From: an uncultured archaeon | GTDB taxonomy: Archaea > Asgardarchaeota > Thorarchaeia > Thorarchaeales > CAZPUN01 | Length of the DNA stretch: 18,204 bases | NCBI GenBank assembly: GCA_964589775.1 | Contig: CAZPUN010000040.1 | Location: forward strand, 1 to 18,204 | Direction: 5' to 3' | Shown: positions 8,473 through 17,088 of the stretch, piece after piece | Layout of the letters: every line of letters starts with the position of its first letter | Numbering within the stretch: the first letter of the stretch is position 1 | Program-made: the position numbers and the translations under genes | The notes under the pieces: model-generated | Databases searched by the model: none | What the model was told of the DNA's origin: nothing | The model's input: only the letters and a program-made list of their open reading frames with translations

Positions 8473-9579
8473 TCAAGTTAGAATTTCACCTAACATTCCA
8501 TCGCGAAGCGCATTTTTTATTTCACGTGCGATTCGTTTACCCGCGTACATTGGTTCTTTATAATAGATATACGCATATGGGTTCGAAGGAATCCACACGT
8601 TTGTTCCTGCAACAATTCGTGCAGAAATTTCGAATGCAATTATTCGAAGATCTTCAGTAATCATAGTTTCTAGACAATATGGTCCTACAATACCCGGCTC
8701 TGCGAGTTCATATGCACGTTTTGAGATATTATCACCCATTTCAAGAACTTTAGGAATCAAAGATTCTCTCAAGACAATTGGGATATTACCTACAACAGTA
8801 TATGTTGGGCTTATGTTGGTTTCGAGTTGTTTAGAAGCAGGAATTCTTCCCAGATTGTCAACACTAGATTCATACCTACGGTCGACCCCCATAAATTCTG
8901 TCTCTTCTTTCAAAGGAGAGTAAAAGTAGTGTAAATATGCAGGTACTCCAAATATATATTCTTGTATAAACAATGGGGGTAGTTCTTTTATCTTCTTGCC
9001 TGTTGCTTTACTGATCTTCTGCAAAACATAATCTGTTCGATTTTCAACCTTCTGAAGTTCTTCTTCGCTAAGCATAAAATATCCGCGACCACCACCAGCA
9101 CCATCGAACTTTACAATGACTGGACGATCCACATCATCTAGGCTTTCAAAAGTTCTTGGCATTTCTACTCCGGCAGTTTTGAGCCAATCAGCAGATAATT
9201 TTCTATCAGATTCATATGGGAGAAGATATCGATTCCCAAACATAGGTATTTTTAATTCGTGTTGAATCGCATCTGTGCCGAGATATGCAACAAATGAACC
9301 ATGTGGAATGAGAATCACATTTAATTCTTTAAGGTCATCTTGAACTTTTGGATCCAGCATGTCTTTCATATTATTCAGTGTATACTCAAGATCAACAACA
9401 CCAAATCTCTGATACATTTTTATTCGGTCTTTTGTCCCAATTACTAATGTTCGGAAGCCTTCTTCTTGGGCACCGCGTAAGATATTCAGTGCGGAATGAC
9501 TACCAATTGTCGCAATAGTAATTCGATCTTCATCATAATCATAAATTATATCACGAATTTCAGCACGTAGATCGCCCAT
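8473..9579 (-). CDS. purP: Formate--phosphoribosylaminoimidazolecarboxamide ligase (FAICAR synthetase, ATP-grasp)
   Basis: IATIGSHSAL.I..GA..EGF, IPHGSFVAY, VIVK..GA.GGRGYF, DRRYES, GN.P.VLRESL and FEISARIVAGTN. Confidence 0.93.
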   Translation of the reverse strand: MGDLRAEIRDIIYDYDEDRITIATIGSHSALNILRGAQEEGFRTLVIGTKDRIKMYQRFGVVDLEYTLNNMKDMLDPKVQDDLKELNVILIPHGSFVAYLGTDAIQHELKIPMFGNRYLLPYESDRKLSADWLKTAGVEMPRTFESLDDVDRPVIVKFDGAGGGRGYFMLSEEELQKVENRTDYVLQKISKATGKKIKELPPLFIQEYIFGVPAYLHYFYSPLKEETEFMGVDRRYESSVDNLGRIPASKQLETNISPTYTVVGNIPIVLRESLIPKVLEMGDNISKRAYELAEPGIVGPYCLETMITEDLRIIAFEISARIVAGTNVWIPSNPYAYIYYKEPMYAGKRIAREIKNALRDGMLGEILT

Positions 9580-9585
9580 TGTAGT

Positions 9586-10821
9586 TCACGTCACAATAAG
9601 TTCTAGCATACCATTATCAATTGCACGTCTAATTTCAAGAGCTATTCGCCGTCCGGTGGACATTCTTGAACGCCATATAATATTTCCATAAGGAGCTCCA
9701 CGAAACATATGAACGTTAGTTCCGCCACCAATTCGTACAGATATATCATATACGGTAGGTTTCATATCATCTTCGATTGTAGTTTGTATGGTAAATGGAC
9801 CGATGATTCCGGGGTCAAAGTATTTTTGGGTAATGCGAATGAATTCCTCACCCATTTTAAATACATGCTCAAGCAATGATTCACGTAAGGTCATATCAGA
9901 ATGCCCTACAATTATATATGTCGGTTCTTCTTGGGATTCCGGAAGTGTAATTTGCTGGCGTGCAGGCAATCGAACATAACCATCAAGAGAAGACTCATAT
10001 CGCGCATCAATACCGAGTAATTCAAGAGGTTCTTCTCCGATTTCTTTGCTTACTGGAGAATAGAAGAAATCAAAATTCGCAACGGGACCAATTGCATATC
10101 GTTCAATACGAGCATGTTCAAAATTTTCGATCCCCGTATAGTAACATTTTTCGCAACCTTTACCACCACAGGAATGACAAGGTTCAATAACACCGCGTTT
10201 GATTAATCGTTGGGCTTTTTCTTTTAATTCATCAAAAGTTCCCGCAGTGAAAAAGCCGCGTTCAAGTTTATGTTTTGCATGGTGTAATTTTATAATCACT
10301 AGAGAATCAATATCTTGAATGTTCTCAGGCTTGATTTTGTCAGGAGTACGTAATATAGATTTATCAACATCAGTTTCTTCAATTAGCCAATAATAATCGC
10401 GAGTTACGTCTCCACGATTTTCAAGTTTCAAAAGATTTCGAGAACCGACAAGAGGAACATAAAAGTCGTTTTCAAGCGCATCTGCACCACAATATGCGAC
10501 CATCGAACGGTTAGGAATAATAAGAATGTTATTCTTAATCATAAAGTCTTGCCATTTTTGACTGACCATCTCTTTAAATTTATCTAGCACAATAGGGTGA
10601 TCCACCACACCTTTTACATGCTTTCCGTTATGCCATACAGACTTAAAATAAGTTGTATATGTTTTCTCTCGACCTTTTTGGCACCATAGATAACTTTCAA
10701 AATTCTCGTCTTTTGCACCATCTGCAATATCAAGTGCAGAATGACTTGCTAGAGCTCCTATCGCTATCTTGTCCTTGTTATATCTTTGTAAAATCTTAAT
10801 AATTTCCTGACGGTCAATCAA
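9586..10821 (-). CDS. purP: PurP-like paralogue (second PurP subfamily) with a Cys4 insertion
   Basis: ASHSALDI.DGAK.E.F, IPNRS, LERGFF, D.RYES..DG..RLPA, TLRESLL, YD.S.RIGGGTN, MSTGRRIA.EI. TTG start; 6 nt gap to the downstream purP. Confidence 0.88.
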   Translation of the reverse strand: MIDRQEIIKILQRYNKDKIAIGALASHSALDIADGAKDENFESYLWCQKGREKTYTTYFKSVWHNGKHVKGVVDHPIVLDKFKEMVSQKWQDFMIKNNILIIPNRSMVAYCGADALENDFYVPLVGSRNLLKLENRGDVTRDYYWLIEETDVDKSILRTPDKIKPENIQDIDSLVIIKLHHAKHKLERGFFTAGTFDELKEKAQRLIKRGVIEPCHSCGGKGCEKCYYTGIENFEHARIERYAIGPVANFDFFYSPVSKEIGEEPLELLGIDARYESSLDGYVRLPARQQITLPESQEEPTYIIVGHSDMTLRESLLEHVFKMGEEFIRITQKYFDPGIIGPFTIQTTIEDDMKPTVYDISVRIGGGTNVHMFRGAPYGNIIWRSRMSTGRRIALEIRRAIDNGMLELIVT

Positions 10822-10920
10822 ATTTAAAGCCTCTGCGTACTTTTATTATTTGGCGTTAATTTTAAGATATATATTTATTGTTTTAAGATTAAATCTATTT
10901 TGATTTTTCCTTTTTTTAGG

Positions 10921-11529
10921 TTATTCAATCACTGAGATTACAATTCGTATTGCCTTGACCATAAGATCTAACGACATTGACGGAATTCGCCGCTTTACAG
11001 CTTGTTCCGGAAGCGATGGAACATGAATAAATCCCGCAGGTATTTTAATTTTTGACTTGTCTAAAATGTATAGCGTAGTGTACATAAGTTGATTACAACC
11101 GTATGTTCCCGCAGTGTTAGAGATTTCAACGGGAATACCTGCCTGAGCCACGGCGTCTTTCATTTTCTTAATTGGCAATGTAGAAAAATAGGCAACGGGT
11201 CCATCATCAAAAAGAATCTCATCGACTGGCTTGCTCCCACAGTTGTATGCCACACCGGTTACATCTGCAATATTTATTGCTACGCGTTCAATCGAAATTC
11301 TATCACGCCCAGATTGCCCCAAGTTTATAATCGCATCAGGTTTTATTTCATCAATGAATTTTTTTATCGTAGGATAGATCTCTTTATATTTTACAGGAAT
11401 TTGACGGGCAAATACTTTAAAATTACCAACGGTCTCCTCATTCAAAGATTTTGCGATCTCCCAACTTGGATTTAATTTATAATCATTAAACGGTTCAAAA
11501 CCTGTTAATAATAACTTTTTATGTATCAT
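10921..11529 (-). CDS. pcp: Pyrrolidone-carboxylate peptidase (pyroglutamyl peptidase I, C15)
   Basis: LLTGFEPF..NPS, ERVAIN (Glu), AGTY.CN (Cys) and GFIHVP (His): complete catalytic triad. Confidence 0.95.
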   Translation of the reverse strand: MIHKKLLLTGFEPFNDYKLNPSWEIAKSLNEETVGNFKVFARQIPVKYKEIYPTIKKFIDEIKPDAIINLGQSGRDRISIERVAINIADVTGVAYNCGSKPVDEILFDDGPVAYFSTLPIKKMKDAVAQAGIPVEISNTAGTYGCNQLMYTTLYILDKSKIKIPAGFIHVPSLPEQAVKRRIPSMSLDLMVKAIRIVISVIE

Positions 11530-11596
11530 ACGCTTAGTATTATATGAATATCTTTATAAATGATTTGGAAAATTATTAAAAAAATGGTGATTTTTT

Positions 11597-13225
11597 ATGA
11601 AAAAAGTACTCTTGGGAATAATACTCATATTTGCAATTACCGCTATTACGCCCACATATTCTGGAAATGGGATAAGTGCAGATAAGGCAGTAAATACTTC
11701 CGTAATCATGGCATGGGAAAATGTTACAGCTTCACCGATCGAAGCATACAACATATCTGGATATACGTATGCTGCTACTACAATAGGAAACACGCTATAC
11801 TTGTTAAGTGAAAAGTGGATAGCAGCATTTGATATGAATACACATCAACTCGTAAATCATACAATAGAGCTAAGTTATACATATGGGGTTTCTCAATTAG
11901 ATAATCAAATTATCATGCTTAATCAGACCTCATATTTTCCGATGAAATACGAATTAATATATATGGATCCAAATACTTTTACAATCACAAATAGAGTAGA
12001 TCTTAGTGGTTTATCTAATGTGTCATTTATTAATGGATTGACTGTCATCAACAATATACTATATACAATAGATCATAAAGATGTAGGTTCATTTCTGTTA
12101 GAATATGATTTATCAACCCAGACTATAGTAAGAAATTACACATTTCCAAGTAATTTCAAGTTCTACGAATGTGCATTAGCTTATGATGGAAATCTTTGGA
12201 TTACATTACCAAATATGATTATGGAATTTGACTTGACCAATTACATAATAGAGAGAATAATGAATACAACAACATCATCAATTGAAGCATATAATGAATA
12301 TCATAGTAATATGAATATAGCGCAGACAACTTCACGATGGAACGTAGCTGCAATACCCGTTAATGGAAAATTATGGCTCCCAGTTGCATATTATACGAGT
12401 AAAGAATCATTTACTACGATCTATGTATATAATTTAGGAGACATCGATCCCGCCTATGGTAGTGGAAGTGAATATATACCACCTGATGAAGGAGAAAACA
12501 GTGATCCACAAACCACAACAATTTCAGGTACAAGTTCTGTTTCTGGAGCTGTAGCAGCAGTAGCATCTGCAGCCGCAATTTCTTCAGCAGTATCCAGTGT
12601 ATCATCGGCAAGTGGCGGAATTGGAGCATTCCTATTTGGTGCTCAAGGTTCATTCATAGATAGATTAAAGTCGCTATTAGGCATTAGGAAGCTAATAAAG
12701 AAGAAAGAAAAAACATCGAAAGAGAAATTTATCAGACCCAGTCTTAGCGATAGCTTTATTGGAATTTTCATAGTTGGAACACCACTCGGAATTGGAGCTA
12801 TGGCTGCAAGCCGAATTGCAATTACAAACCCACTTAATTTCTTAACTATGCTGTTTTCAACTGTAGGTTTTGGCTGGTCAATATTTGGTACGTTCATGTT
12901 CTTATCAATCTTAGTAGCACGAAAACAAGGCAAAATTCCGAAAATTACTGGATTTACACTATTTATGATTACGATAAGCATTGCTGCAAGCATTTACGGT
13001 ATAATTTCATCTACACTAACCATGAATAGAATATACATATTTGGAGTTTATATTACATTAATCATATTATTAGGGATTATTTCATTTGTAGTCTATTCAA
13101 ATGCATATAGATCTTTGATTCAGAGATATACATCAATTAAAGAAACTGAACCTGAAGAAATAAAGGAAGAGCCTTCTGAAGATTTAGAGCAGGTTTCCGA
13201 ACAGTCAGAAAATACAGAAGAATAG
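11597..13225 (+). CDS. Cell-surface glycoprotein: signal peptide, about 5-bladed beta-propeller, linker, multi-TM C-terminus and acidic tail
   Basis: MKK plus a hydrophobic signal; repeated blade units; 8 N-x-S/T sequons in the N-terminal domain; Pro/acidic/Thr linker; Ala/Ser/Gly-rich segment; basic stretch; four hydrophobic helices; Glu-rich C-terminus. Confidence 0.8.
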   Translation: MKKVLLGIILIFAITAITPTYSGNGISADKAVNTSVIMAWENVTASPIEAYNISGYTYAATTIGNTLYLLSEKWIAAFDMNTHQLVNHTIELSYTYGVSQLDNQIIMLNQTSYFPMKYELIYMDPNTFTITNRVDLSGLSNVSFINGLTVINNILYTIDHKDVGSFLLEYDLSTQTIVRNYTFPSNFKFYECALAYDGNLWITLPNMIMEFDLTNYIIERIMNTTTSSIEAYNEYHSNMNIAQTTSRWNVAAIPVNGKLWLPVAYYTSKESFTTIYVYNLGDIDPAYGSGSEYIPPDEGENSDPQTTTISGTSSVSGAVAAVASAAAISSAVSSVSSASGGIGAFLFGAQGSFIDRLKSLLGIRKLIKKKEKTSKEKFIRPSLSDSFIGIFIVGTPLGIGAMAASRIAITNPLNFLTMLFSTVGFGWSIFGTFMFLSILVARKQGKIPKITGFTLFMITISIAASIYGIISSTLTMNRIYIFGVYITLIILLGIISFVVYSNAYRSLIQRYTSIKETEPEEIKEEPSEDLEQVSEQSENTEE

Positions 13226-13252
13226 AATAAGAATAGAACAGTATAACATAAC

Positions 13253-13327
13253 GGAGCATCGGAAATTTCCAGAATAACTCAAGAAAGAAAAAGTCAATAA
13301 GACAATTCTGCATGCTCCACTTTTTTT
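13253..13327 (+). terminator. Imperfect inverted repeat followed by a T7 tract, a possible terminator or structured 3' UTR
   Basis: GGAGCAT (13253-13259) pairs with ATGCTCC (13312-13318), extended imperfectly by GGAAATT/AATTCTG, then TTTTTTT. Confidence 0.4.
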
Positions 13328-13509
13328 ATGACTATACATACATCACATATTTTTCTATTTGGAATTCCCAATCCAATGTCCGAGCAAGCTAGCTAAAGTT
13401 TCATCTCGCATTTTTTATCTCGTCGCCGAATACCTCCTAAAATCTCCGTCATAATCCTTTATATTGTATACATATACTGTTGAAAAGCAGCCCGCAATGA
13501 TCGCGAATT

Positions 13510-13562
13510 GAAAGAAAGAAAAAAAGAAAAAAATGAAATATATAAATGGAGGATTTCCTCCA
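13510..13562 (-). terminator. Hairpin plus U-tract terminator of the minus-strand TIM-barrel gene
   Basis: TGGAGGA-TT-TCCTCCA inverted repeat at about 13547-13562, directly after the stop at 13568, then a long U-rich run on the minus strand. Confidence 0.55.
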
Positions 13563-13567
13563 AATTC

Positions 13568-14455
13568 TTATTCTAGCAAGTTAGGGCATACATCTTTTAA
13601 TTTCTGTAATGATTTTGATGCATTCTTAAAACTCTGCTCGAAAATAACGGGTCCATCAAAATTAGTTTTCAATAGCCAATTACAGAAATCTTTCAGTGGT
13701 AGTTTTCCTTCACCTAAGGCGATATGGTCTGCAATTTGTGTTTGCCCATTTTTTTCTATTCGGTATCCATCATGTAAATGAATTTCTCTAATCTTATCAG
13801 AATTCATACGAACAAATTCCATAAAATCAAAGTTCCCAGGGTATCCTGCTAAAAGGTGCCCGGTATCAAAACAAATTGAAGTATCGAATTCATCTACCAA
13901 TGTTCTTGTATAGCCCCATGGAAATTCAATATCTTCAATTGCAATTCGATGCGGATCAATGTCCGTTTTTTCAATGAACTGCTCGAGACTGTCTCCAGCA
14001 TATCCAGTAAGTAATTGCATCAGTAAATCCTTAATTTTGGGATTTGTATTCAATCTACTAAATTCTGCAGCTAAAGCACCTGTCGCATGTAGAACATAGT
14101 ATTCTGGTTTTAATTCTTCAATTATGTGAAACGCATCAACTAGAGTTTCAACAGACGCTTTTCGAATATAGGAGACAGGACTTGATGGCTCGATGGACCA
14201 TAAGGGAAGATGTGCAGTATATGAGATTTTATATTCATGCCTGATTGCTTTAAGGGCTTCAATTGTTTCTTTGCTTAAAGAGTTTGGAATAATGTACGCC
14301 ATATCTAGAGTAATCTCAATGACTTTATAACCAAGTTTTGCAGCTACAAGAACATATTCCGGAAAATGAAAATTATCATATGAAAAGCCTGTATTTTCGT
14401 CCTCAAAAGATTTTGCAATTATTTCGAAATCAAGTGGGACTATGCCTAGTCTCAA
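13568..14455 (-). CDS. AP-endonuclease-2/xylose-isomerase-like TIM-barrel metalloenzyme, resembling cobamide-remodelling phosphodiesterase CbiR
   Basis: YTAHLP, VLHATG, IAIED, CFDTGH, EIHLHD, DH..LG.G and VIFE metal ligands. The probable start is TTG at 14455 (SD GGTGA at 14465-14461), giving MRLGIV as the first beta-strand; the track's 14554 start looks over-extended. Confidence 0.8.
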   Translation of the reverse strand: MRLGIVPLDFEIIAKSFEDENTGFSYDNFHFPEYVLVAAKLGYKVIEITLDMAYIIPNSLSKETIEALKAIRHEYKISYTAHLPLWSIEPSSPVSYIRKASVETLVDAFHIIEELKPEYYVLHATGALAAEFSRLNTNPKIKDLLMQLLTGYAGDSLEQFIEKTDIDPHRIAIEDIEFPWGYTRTLVDEFDTSICFDTGHLLAGYPGNFDFMEFVRMNSDKIREIHLHDGYRIEKNGQTQIADHIALGEGKLPLKDFCNWLLKTNFDGPVIFEQSFKNASKSLQKLKDVCPNLLE

Positions 14456-15683
14456 GATTTTCACCAAGCAAAGAATGTGCTTTGCTGCTTTTGTACTTTT
14501 TGTATATCTTACTTGATAATGACAACGCAAAAGCGTATAATATGCGCATCCCAATACCTGCAGTGCCCATAAAAATTTGTATTAATCGTTCTTTAGATGT
14601 AGCCTTTTCAGGATAACCGATATAATATAATGAGTGCTCAGTTAGAATATCATCGAGAGCTACCGCAAACGCTTCACTAGCAAATTCAGATGAATTAGAT
14701 AGTTTCTTAATAGCACTCTTTTTCCAAAATGCTTCTGGCTTCAATACACTTTGCCATTTTATAAACTCAGCACGTTCTACAACATCTACAACAAGCTTTA
14801 CAGTTTTTTGAATCTGTGGAATAAGATCTGGAGCAATCGCCATTAATTCCGAATCTAATTTTATCTTCCGAATCATTTGGAAATAGTAGTCATCTTGCTT
14901 GGCAGGCGGAATATGCCACATTATATACCATAATTGTCTAAGTAACTTTTTGGATTTCTTAGATTTAATTTGATTCATTACGTTTTGAATTAATTTATCC
15001 AGCTCTAACACAGCTGATAGATAATCATGTAAGTTGAAATTGAGATCTTCAATATCTTCAGGAGTAATACAATTTTTTTCTAAAATTTCGTAATCTCGAC
15101 CATGAATTATTAGTTTCCAAATCATTTCATAATCTACAATTCGACCACTATCAACAGATTCTATTGTGTCTAATCTTAGTGCATGATCACCGGGCTCTGC
15201 TACAAGATATGAATGCTCAAGCAGTTCTCCCAAATCATGGAAAGAACGAATACGTGCGGGTTTTAAATCAACAGCGCCATGACCGATTGTAGACCAGACT
15301 TTCAGCACACCATCACGGGATTTTTCAATAATTACGCGTTCTTTATCGCCAAGATGGTCGAATTTTTCGGTAGCCCCTTTACTAAATGCCATAATCGCAT
15401 AAACTACATAACGAATAGATTTGTTATCTAACCCGGGTAATTTAAAAATAATACAGACATTGTCAAATGGTTTTCCCTTTATGAGCCATTCACCTGTAGA
15501 GGTCTTCCATTCCCAACGTTCGCCCATTTCATATAGAACTTTTCGAAGTCCTCGAAGGTCCGTTGCCTCTTTTGCTTTCTTGAGTACTTCGCGCTCCCAA
15601 ATTTTATATTTCTGTGCGGCTTTTTCCATGTATTCTAATTCTTTTATTAGCCATAGTTTGTTAATTTTAAATCGGACCTTCAT
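14430..15683 (-). CDS. Hypothetical protein with an N-terminal Vps62/NPP1-like motif set and a helical C-terminal region
   Basis: 417-aa ORF with IRYVVY...DHLGDKERVII...STIGHG...VAEPGDHA. Overlaps the downstream gene by 26 nt. Confidence 0.7.
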   Translation of the reverse strand: MKVRFKINKLWLIKELEYMEKAAQKYKIWEREVLKKAKEATDLRGLRKVLYEMGERWEWKTSTGEWLIKGKPFDNVCIIFKLPGLDNKSIRYVVYAIMAFSKGATEKFDHLGDKERVIIEKSRDGVLKVWSTIGHGAVDLKPARIRSFHDLGELLEHSYLVAEPGDHALRLDTIESVDSGRIVDYEMIWKLIIHGRDYEILEKNCITPEDIEDLNFNLHDYLSAVLELDKLIQNVMNQIKSKKSKKLLRQLWYIMWHIPPAKQDDYYFQMIRKIKLDSELMAIAPDLIPQIQKTVKLVVDVVERAEFIKWQSVLKPEAFWKKSAIKKLSNSSEFASEAFAVALDDILTEHSLYYIGYPEKATSKERLIQIFMGTAGIGMRILYAFALSLSSKIYKKYKSSKAHSLLGENLETRHSPT

Positions 15684-15756
15684 TTTATCTCAAATATATC
15701 ATTTACTTTTGGATATTTATATTAGCTGATAAAAATAAAAAAAGAGAAAGGAAAAA

Positions 15757-17088
15757 CTATAGATATTCACATACGTTTAGTTCTTTTCCTTTAGTTTCAG
15801 GGAATAACCAAATCCATAATGCGACGGCAATGTCAAATATAATTGCTAATGCCAAACCACCTGCAAGACCAAAGCCAAGGTCCTGAGCTACAAGTGCGAC
15901 AAGAATAGGTGCAATAGCAGAGGCACCTCTTGCTACATTAAAGCAGAAACCAGCAGCGGTGTTTCGGAGCCTCGTCGGGAAGATTTCAGCAAATAGAGGT
16001 CCATATCCACTAAATGCACCAGTTCCAATACCCATTAGGAATAATGGCACTAGCAATAACTCTACGCCAAATCTAGATGCACTAGAGATCCAATTGGCAA
16101 ATATCGTAAGTGCCGCTACAGAGGCAGCTTGGAGTAACATGAAAATTGTAAATGCTGGACGACGACCAAGTAAATCTGAGACATATCCAAATGAGATATA
16201 GCCTATGAATGCTCCGACTTGCGTGATAATCATCCATATACCAGATAGCTGGAGTCCGAGACTGAGATTATCCTTGAGATATTTTGGTAGCCAGCTAAAT
16301 AGAATCCAATAAGCGAACATATCAAATGCTGCAAGCATCAAACCAAGAAATACTGCTTTTCGGATCTTCTCATCAAAGAGCAGTGAAAGTTCAGAGCGGC
16401 CTAGTTTTTCTTTTAATTCTTCGGGAATTTCACCCTTTGCAAATAGTTCCTGATTTCTTAGCCAGAGGTCACTTTCAGGCATCATGCCACGAATTGGAAT
16501 TACAATTAAGGCTGCAGCAGCAGATATGAAGAAGGTCATTCTCCAACCAACGATTGGAGTTACAAAACCACCCATGATTGCTGCAAGAGCAACACCTATC
16601 GGAACTCCAGTTTGCATGAAAGCTCCTGCTTTGCCTCTCCACTTTGCAGGCCATGTTTCACCAATCATTGTTTGACCTACTGCCCACTGACCACCAACAC
16701 CGAATCCGGTAATCAATAAGGCACCTATTAGGAATAACACATTTGGCGCGAGACCAGATAGAAATGTTCCTAATGAAAAGATAATAATCGTCCATTGAAG
16801 CGCCTTTTTTCTACCCATTCGGTCTGAAATAATGCCAAATGAGATTCCACCAACTGCAGTGGCAACCAATGATGATGCAAGCATAGCTGCACCTTGAAGC
16901 ATGTTTCCAGCAATACCGAAATCTGCTAAGATTGGATCTACAAGGAATGTATACAATATAAGGTCATAAAAATCAAACAGCCACCCAATAAGGCAGAAGA
17001 ACAAAATAGCCCAATGCGTTCGTGTGAGAGTCTCACTTTCATTGAGAAGTTTTGGTCTCTCAACTAACTCAACTTTTGGAACAGTCAT
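15757..17088 (-). CDS. MFS transporter (aromatic acid/sialate:H+ symporter-like)
   Basis: About 12 TMs; GWLFDFYD in TM1, motif A G..SDRMGRK and SDLLGRR, E.WP...RG, PES, E.FPT..R, PETKG. Confidence 0.93.
   Translation of the reverse strand: MTVPKVELVERPKLLNESETLTRTHWAILFFCLIGWLFDFYDLILYTFLVDPILADFGIAGNMLQGAAMLASSLVATAVGGISFGIISDRMGRKKALQWTIIIFSLGTFLSGLAPNVLFLIGALLITGFGVGGQWAVGQTMIGETWPAKWRGKAGAFMQTGVPIGVALAAIMGGFVTPIVGWRMTFFISAAAALIVIPIRGMMPESDLWLRNQELFAKGEIPEELKEKLGRSELSLLFDEKIRKAVFLGLMLAAFDMFAYWILFSWLPKYLKDNLSLGLQLSGIWMIITQVGAFIGYISFGYVSDLLGRRPAFTIFMLLQAASVAALTIFANWISSASRFGVELLLVPLFLMGIGTGAFSGYGPLFAEIFPTRLRNTAAGFCFNVARGASAIAPILVALVAQDLGFGLAGGLALAIIFDIAVALWIWLFPETKGKELNVCEYL

Noticed and set aside
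13215-13240. AGAATAGAATAAGAATAGAA short tandem repeat
   Set aside because: Low-complexity purine run, not a CRISPR or other organised repeat.
13253-13318. Stem-loop as a SECIS element
   Set aside because: No adjacent gene shows an in-frame TGA at a Cys-equivalent position, and no convincing SECIS core is seen.
13294-13452. Minus-strand 52-codon frame with one in-frame TAG and a CxxC (possible pyrrolysine read-through)
   Set aside because: No recognisable homology, weak initiation signals and no pyl genes in the window; likely chance.
14456-14554. 33-aa N-terminal extension of the TIM-barrel ORF
   Set aside because: It lies inside the upstream gene, and SD plus TTG at 14455 gives a family-typical start.
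640-16675. Many short ORFs in the track overlapping larger genes (e.g. 640..858, 1822..2214, 3780..4136, 5719..6063, 11089..11475, 12643..12993, 15421..15729)
   Set aside because: They are antisense or alternate-frame shadows of well-supported genes, with no motifs or SD support.
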